From Paraphysomonas bandaiensis (lineage: Eukaryota > Protista > Chrysophyceae), in assembly GCA_965644295.1 (NCBI GenBank), contig CBFFRP010000293.1, forward strand, positions 1-64,000: a stretch of DNA of 64,000 bases. The letters run 5' to 3'. Each line of letters starts with the position of its first letter. Positions within the stretch are counted from its first letter, which is position 1. The notes beneath the pieces are model-generated. The model was not told the DNA's origin and ran no database searches. It saw nothing but the letters and a program-made list of their open reading frames with translations. This document shows positions 58,507-64,000 of this stretch, piece by piece. The position numbers were made by a program, and so were the translations under genes.

Positions 58507-60200
58507 TCTACACACGGACAGGAGCAGCAGGTGTGTGTATACCGGTACTGTATTCGTGGTATACTGCTGCATACTGTACCGGATGGTGTGTGACTGACGT
58601 GTGATGGCCCGTTGTATGCTCTCATCCATCGCGGGTCTGGAGGAGGTGGGTGCAAGCTGAGGTCTGGAAAATGACTCTGGCATATTATTTGTTGGGACAT
58701 TCAAAAATATGTGTATTATCATATGGCACACACTCCATAGTGGAAGTGTCACTTTATCAGGTTTCACAAACAAATGCATGATATATACTGCATCGTACTA
58801 TGTACTACAGGAATCCATGTGATGCGATTGTTGTATGGCGTAGGTAGACTTACTGATACATTTTACTTTTGTGTCAGTGGCTAGCTTAACGCTATCTGTA
58901 TAAAGATAATCAGTATGGATTGGTCATTAAGTGTCAAGGTTAATGGGATTGTATCACTTCTAGACGTTGAATTTTGAAATATGTATCTATCAACATCACT
59001 CGTCCAGTTATGAATTCCGCAGCTAAGCGAACAACAATTTACGATTTAAATATGTGTCGCTTTTTGATTGAGTTACATCACACTGCATTTTGGTACTTTA
59101 CTAACGAATATGTCATCTTGGAGGATCACGAAAATTTATACAATTGGTATACAGTTGCGGTCACATCGGAGAGTATCAAGGTGTGAAGTCATTCGAATAA
59201 ACGTATTAAGGTGTTGAAGTAATTCGAATAAACGTATTTTTCTTGTCTCAGAAGCTCTAAGGACAATACATACTTTCATTATTATGAGGAAAATTTTATT
59301 CAACGTAGTCAATTTGGTTGTAATACTTAGGCACATTATTTTGGTGGAATAACCTAGTCAAAGTAATAAATGACTTAACCTAGTCAATTTTGGTATTCAA
59401 ACTAGATGTTCTTATATCCATTGATTACATACTGTGACTGCTAAAGATACCTATATCACCACACAATATATTAGTGGCTTACAGAGCATCAAATCAAACA
59501 TTCAATCATAACAGTGAACTCATATATACATATCTACTTAACACAGGAGTATATATGTCTATCCAGCCTATTTATAGGTTATAAGTATATAGCGTTGGGT
59601 CCCCTGTGAGTGTTATGGGGAAGAAGGGTCCATGAAGCTGTGGATATAACTCATAACTCACACTATGATCTGCAGGACATCTCGAGATCTAAATATGCTA
59701 TGAGTGGTAGCGCTCATCTTCCTTCACTTCTCTAATGATTGCATTGGCTTCCAGGAACGCATAAATCGCCATGTTTTTAGACCAAGAAATATAAGAAGGA
59801 GGTTTTCAGGACACAAAGCAAGATCATATATCATAAAAACAGCATCATGAAGTGGACTGTAGAGCTGCAGCAGAACATCAGTATCATGAGGTGTGTTTCG
59901 TGCAAAGTCATACCGTATCATAAGGAGTGTGTTGTGCAGTGGAGCCATTAGTCATACTACAATTCGAAAACAATAAGTTATAACAACACCTCTAGGTTGC
60001 TAGGTCGACGTCTATCGATATTTGATGGACGCCCTATAATTTATAGAGAACAATTCCACTTTACCAAAAGGCATCTATAGATGTAATAAATGGTAAGCTA
60101 TTGATAATAAAACATTCCCTTAGCGCAGGGAAATAATTATTAATTCAAATAACGCAAGCAGCTCCAATATCCATTATGAAAATTTATCGATATGCTAACA

Positions 60201-62260
60201 TCATACTGCGTTTGCTTTGCACGGATTTTTATGCAGCTTATGGTGCTTGACCTGACACTCCCGAGAGCAATACCGTACTCTCTTACATCTTCCACACAGC
60301 TGAAGATTTTGAGTGTTTTTACACCCAGAAGCAGCACATACGGGCTGATCAACATTTCCACGCAGATTAATGGCTTCGAGTGTGCGATTGAACGTATGTT
60401 CATAGTTGGCCAGTGTTCGCTTTACCAAATCTTTGCAGAAGCACTCACCATCAATAAACATTCCCATCCCTGTCAAGAGGACATTACATATTTCACTCGT
60501 ATCAGAAGTCTACCTAGCTTATTAACATCTTCTTCGTAATCTTTTGCTTCTTTGCTAAGTCGTCTAATTGTGCTCAAGTCGTATGTCTTTCCCTCCCCAC
60601 CCATAATAATATATCCCGCCAAATCCCACCTATAGAGACGATGTAATGGCTAATACATACGGCAACAAACTTTTACCTTGTCTTCGCAGCCGCAAATGCG
60701 TTATTATTGTACAGGCTTGCGTTAGTCATGCCTCTCCGAAGAGCGACACACACAGCAACCGGGTTTGTCTGCACAGAGCACAACCAGCCCATGTTCCAGT
60801 CACCCTGTCCATCCCCCATGATATCTGTGAATATTATCAATTCATATCGCCATTCGGAAAATATATATTTTCAAATTCATTCTTCGAAAGGGAATTGCTA
60901 TGTAAGTACCTCGGGATGTCACACAGCAAAAGATAAAGTACCTGAGCACGACCGAACTCTCAATTCATTTTCAGCAGTTCGTTGCATGCAGATATAGAAC
61001 TCTATTCTTTTCTGAACGACAAGAAGCAATTTCACATTCAAAGTAGCACACATGAAATGAATACAGGAGCAAAATTACCAGCAGTATCATTTTGTCAATT
61101 GTGACGTCTCTGCCAAAGTCCATCTGGTTAGGCTTGCGAAATATGGCTCGGATTATTTTCACCGCTGATGTGCTAAGCATATGTCGCATCAAAGAAAATG
61201 CTCCATTTATACCATCTGCTTGCCCGTCTGCTTGCAAGCATTAGTTTTCAAGCAAACAATAATAACAGAGCTAAGAAACGTCACTAATGCAGAGCAAAAC
61301 TTGAGTCATGTCAGGTGAACTACCTCGAACTTTCCCAATCACCCGAACAGCCTGTGGATGGTATGAAATAAACAGAGCAAGCTCCTGCATGGTGGTGTCA
61401 GTCTCATGCAGGAAGTCCGATGACATAATATTGCGCTCAATATCTGCATCCGACAAAGTACATTAGTTCAACTGCTGGAGAGTAACTTTTGTAGACTCTG
61501 ATTTTACCTTCAAGTTGCTTCCTACATTCTTCTATACAGCGCATTGCAAATAGCGGTTGCCCGAGAATATTTCCACGCAGTCCTACAAGTGCATCATTAC
61601 AACCTCGTACACAAATTGAGGATACAAAAGAATCCATGGTAGGGGAAATATATGATAACACATTTACGTGTTATAATCAACACCTGTAACCTATGACTAA
61701 ATCCCACCTTCTGCATACAGATAAAGCCAGTTGCTAAAACAACCCTGCATCAATAGTCCCGGTGGCTTCCTCCAAAGTTCTTCTGACCAAGAGTCCGTTA
61801 AGTGATACGCTAACTCGAACTCGGGCCAGGGGCAGCAGTCTCCCTTTATCTGGGTACCCATTAAAGGAATCCGGCTTTCTGATAACGCGTTTTGCCATAC
61901 TATGCGAGAAATATAGTCAAATTTATCGTCAGTCAGAGAGGGCACGCTGATAATATCATTTGACGACAAGTTTTCCATGACATCTCCTGTTCTCAGAAGT
62001 ACCACACTAACAGATTTCAATTCCTCGTTATAACCAATTATACTTCCAAAGGGATCAGCTGCACCAGCAACTTTAACCACCTCAGCGAGTCGAATAGGCC
62101 CTGTGTCACCTTCTCCAAGCACTGTCCTCGGGATATCCTGTAAATCATCAATGAGGCCGAATGCAAGGGCATATCTCCTTAGAGTAGTCGACTCCTCCTG
62201 CCCCGCTAGCACACTCTCACGACATCGCCGCAATCGATCGATAATGTCAACACCAGACAT
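60201..62260 (-). CDS. MYND zinc-finger protein (multi-exon)
   Basis: C-terminal CAASGC...LCGRCKRVRYCSRECQVKHHKLHKNPC. Upstream same-strand ORFs are separated by GT-AG introns. Confidence 0.75.
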
Positions 62261-62726
62261 TGTTAACAAAACACTGCTCTCATATCATCATCACAAGCAC
62301 TGCCTGTCCACAAACCAGAGTGCGCACATTATACATGTACACAAGCACCCCTACAAGACACCACTCTCCATATACAAAAAAAAAACTTTTTTCTAGCAGA
62401 TATTCGAATATCTGGATATTCATCGCAGGAAGTTGGTGTTTTCTCATTCCTATTGGTATTCACAAGAATTTAAAATCGCTTGATATCGACCCAAGCGGCA
62501 AGCACGTCTCAGCGATGTTCGAGCCATGTTTCGTAATCACCTACGATGAGAATGTCATCTTCCTACTCTTCACTTTCAAGACATAGAGATATCACAATAT
62601 CTGCAGCCGATGCTCTGATTTTGCTCGATCGCGGTAACTGCAAGAGAGAATACATAGTGAGCATGTGTCTGTTTTTACTGTTCATCAAATTGATTGATGA
62701 TTGATAGAAAGTGAACCTCCAGATGA

Positions 62727-62791
62727 AGTTGACTCACTCAGTAACACCTAGTTAACTCACTCAGTGACACCTAGTTAACTCACAGTGACGC
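62727..62791. repeat. 23-bp tandem repeat, ~2.7 copies
   Basis: AGTT(G/A)ACTCACTCAGT(A/G)ACACCT repeated. Confidence 0.8.
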
Positions 62792-62907
62792 ACAACTTAC
62801 TACGAGACAGTATTAGAGGCCTCCCTAAACCTAAACCCTGTAAGGACTGGGAGGCACTCTCCTAATCACATATACAGCATCAGATATGTCACTTAAACTA
62901 TTCGTTA

Positions 62908-63140
62908 ATATTCTTGAAGTTGCAACGAAGTCCTGGTTTTGAAGATAGATCATTCTGATCTTCTACATCAAATGAAGGATGGAATACAACTTGGAGTGTT
63001 TGATGATCTGCTTTTGTTAATTGGCTGATCGTGTAACAAGATGAATCACTTACTAATGACTGTCAATATCAAAATTAAGATAGAAGAGTGTTTCCAGTGA
63101 ACCGAATATTGAAGTTGAGTGTTTATAGTTGCCCGGCGCT
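62908..63140 (-). repeat. Dispersed degenerate coding-like repeat, family B
   Basis: Similar to 36570-36750; contains stops. Confidence 0.7.
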
Positions 63141-63374
63141 AACATGAGCGTTTTGCTGTACCCAATTCAGACAATATGGGGATAGTAGCTTAATTGCCAT
63201 TTTAACTACCTCAATACAATATCGTGATCAGCGAAAACAGTACTGCTTGTAGTGGTTGACCTATGGTAAATAATATTGCTTATTTAGTTACTTCATCGAT
63301 CCATTTTCAAATGTAAATTCTGTACAAGCATAAGCACACACAAAAGAGTTTACATGGCAAAAGACAACTGGTTA

Positions 63375-64000
63375 TCACGCAAACACGTATGCATAGCACG
63401 TATCACATTTCTTAGATTCCATAGGAAAGTATCTGATATTCGGGTTAGGCCCTGCATCCAGAGTGCCACCCTGCTTTATGTTGCCGGGTCCAAGGCCTTT
63501 GTTCCTTGTTTCATTCACGAAAAAGTTCGCAAAGTACTGCATTGCTCGTATTGCGTCGGTGCTGCACATTTTGCGTGTTATAAGGTGATACAGAATAATA
63601 ACTAGTATATGACATTACTATATAAACACAGCAATCACCTGTGATCCACAGCGGCGTGGTCATAGTCGTACGCATTGGCCTCTGGATGCCACTGAACAGC
63701 ATATATAGGTCTTGTCGCATGCTCGAAAGTGCTTACAAAAGGCACACCCAGCCAGTCAGTATTGACACTTAATGCAACGTAGTTTTCCGGTACCATGATC
63801 GACTCAAATGTGGTAGGAGTAACACCATAATGATGCCAATTTACAGTGTAATTATGAGCAGTGAGCAGTGTGTATACATCTTCCGGTATATTACCAAAGA
63901 GCTTTGATTTCCGTGCTGCATCGATTACGTTAAGCGGCAGTAACTGATATTCCGAATGATAGTTTGATAACACATCAACACCACATGCAGTAATATCGAT
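63375..64000 (-). CDS. Gamma-glutamyl hydrolase (peptidase C26), 5' part outside the window
   Basis: NWHHYGV; FVSTFEH...PIYAVQWHPE; HS-DAI...QYFANFFVNETR after splicing. Confidence 0.85.

Noticed and set aside
59190-59390. Short direct repeats ATTCGAATAAACGTATT x2 and TAACCTAGTCAA x2
   Set aside because: Possibly a DNA-transposon subterminal relic, but no TIR or TSD found.
62400-62660. Minus-strand EDDILIVG...WLEH fragment resembling an RT core
   Set aside because: Multiple stops and no other RT motif; cannot be supported without a search.
62823-62839. CCCTAAA telomere-like motif
   Set aside because: Only about two imperfect units; insufficient.

Overview
Eukaryotic genomic DNA with short GT-AG introns; a stramenopile-like protist is inferred from gene and retroelement content. 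About 14 host genes are present: RRM protein, multicopper oxidase, UNC-93-like MFS, EF-hand protein, ABCG, AP endonuclease, degenerate soluble cyclase, two uncharacterised secreted/membrane proteins, EEF1AKMT4-like methyltransferase, M16A peptidase, uridine phosphorylase, MYND protein and a partial gamma-glutamyl hydrolase. They are interleaved with three young, near-intact LTR retrotransposons, a 5'-truncated LINE-like insertion with an 11-bp TSD, older TE remnants and tandem repeats. The most unusual object is a Copia-order element at 53408-58506 (minus strand). It has 5'-CG...CG-3' LTR ends fixed by a TCTAC TSD and an integrase whose third catalytic residue appears to be Asp. It lacks a tRNA PBS and instead has a perfect 14-nt complement between the PBS position and the probable transcript 5' end, the architecture of Tf1-type self-priming, which I know only from Gypsy elements. 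The chromodomain Gypsy element at 1-7258 is also unusual: gag and pol are in frame across a single UGA-CUA followed by an ~80-nt hairpin (readthrough signature), the RT motif is IFDN instead of YxDD, and Gag carries a CCCH finger. Exon boundaries of host genes are approximate, all comparisons were done by eye, and no database search was run.
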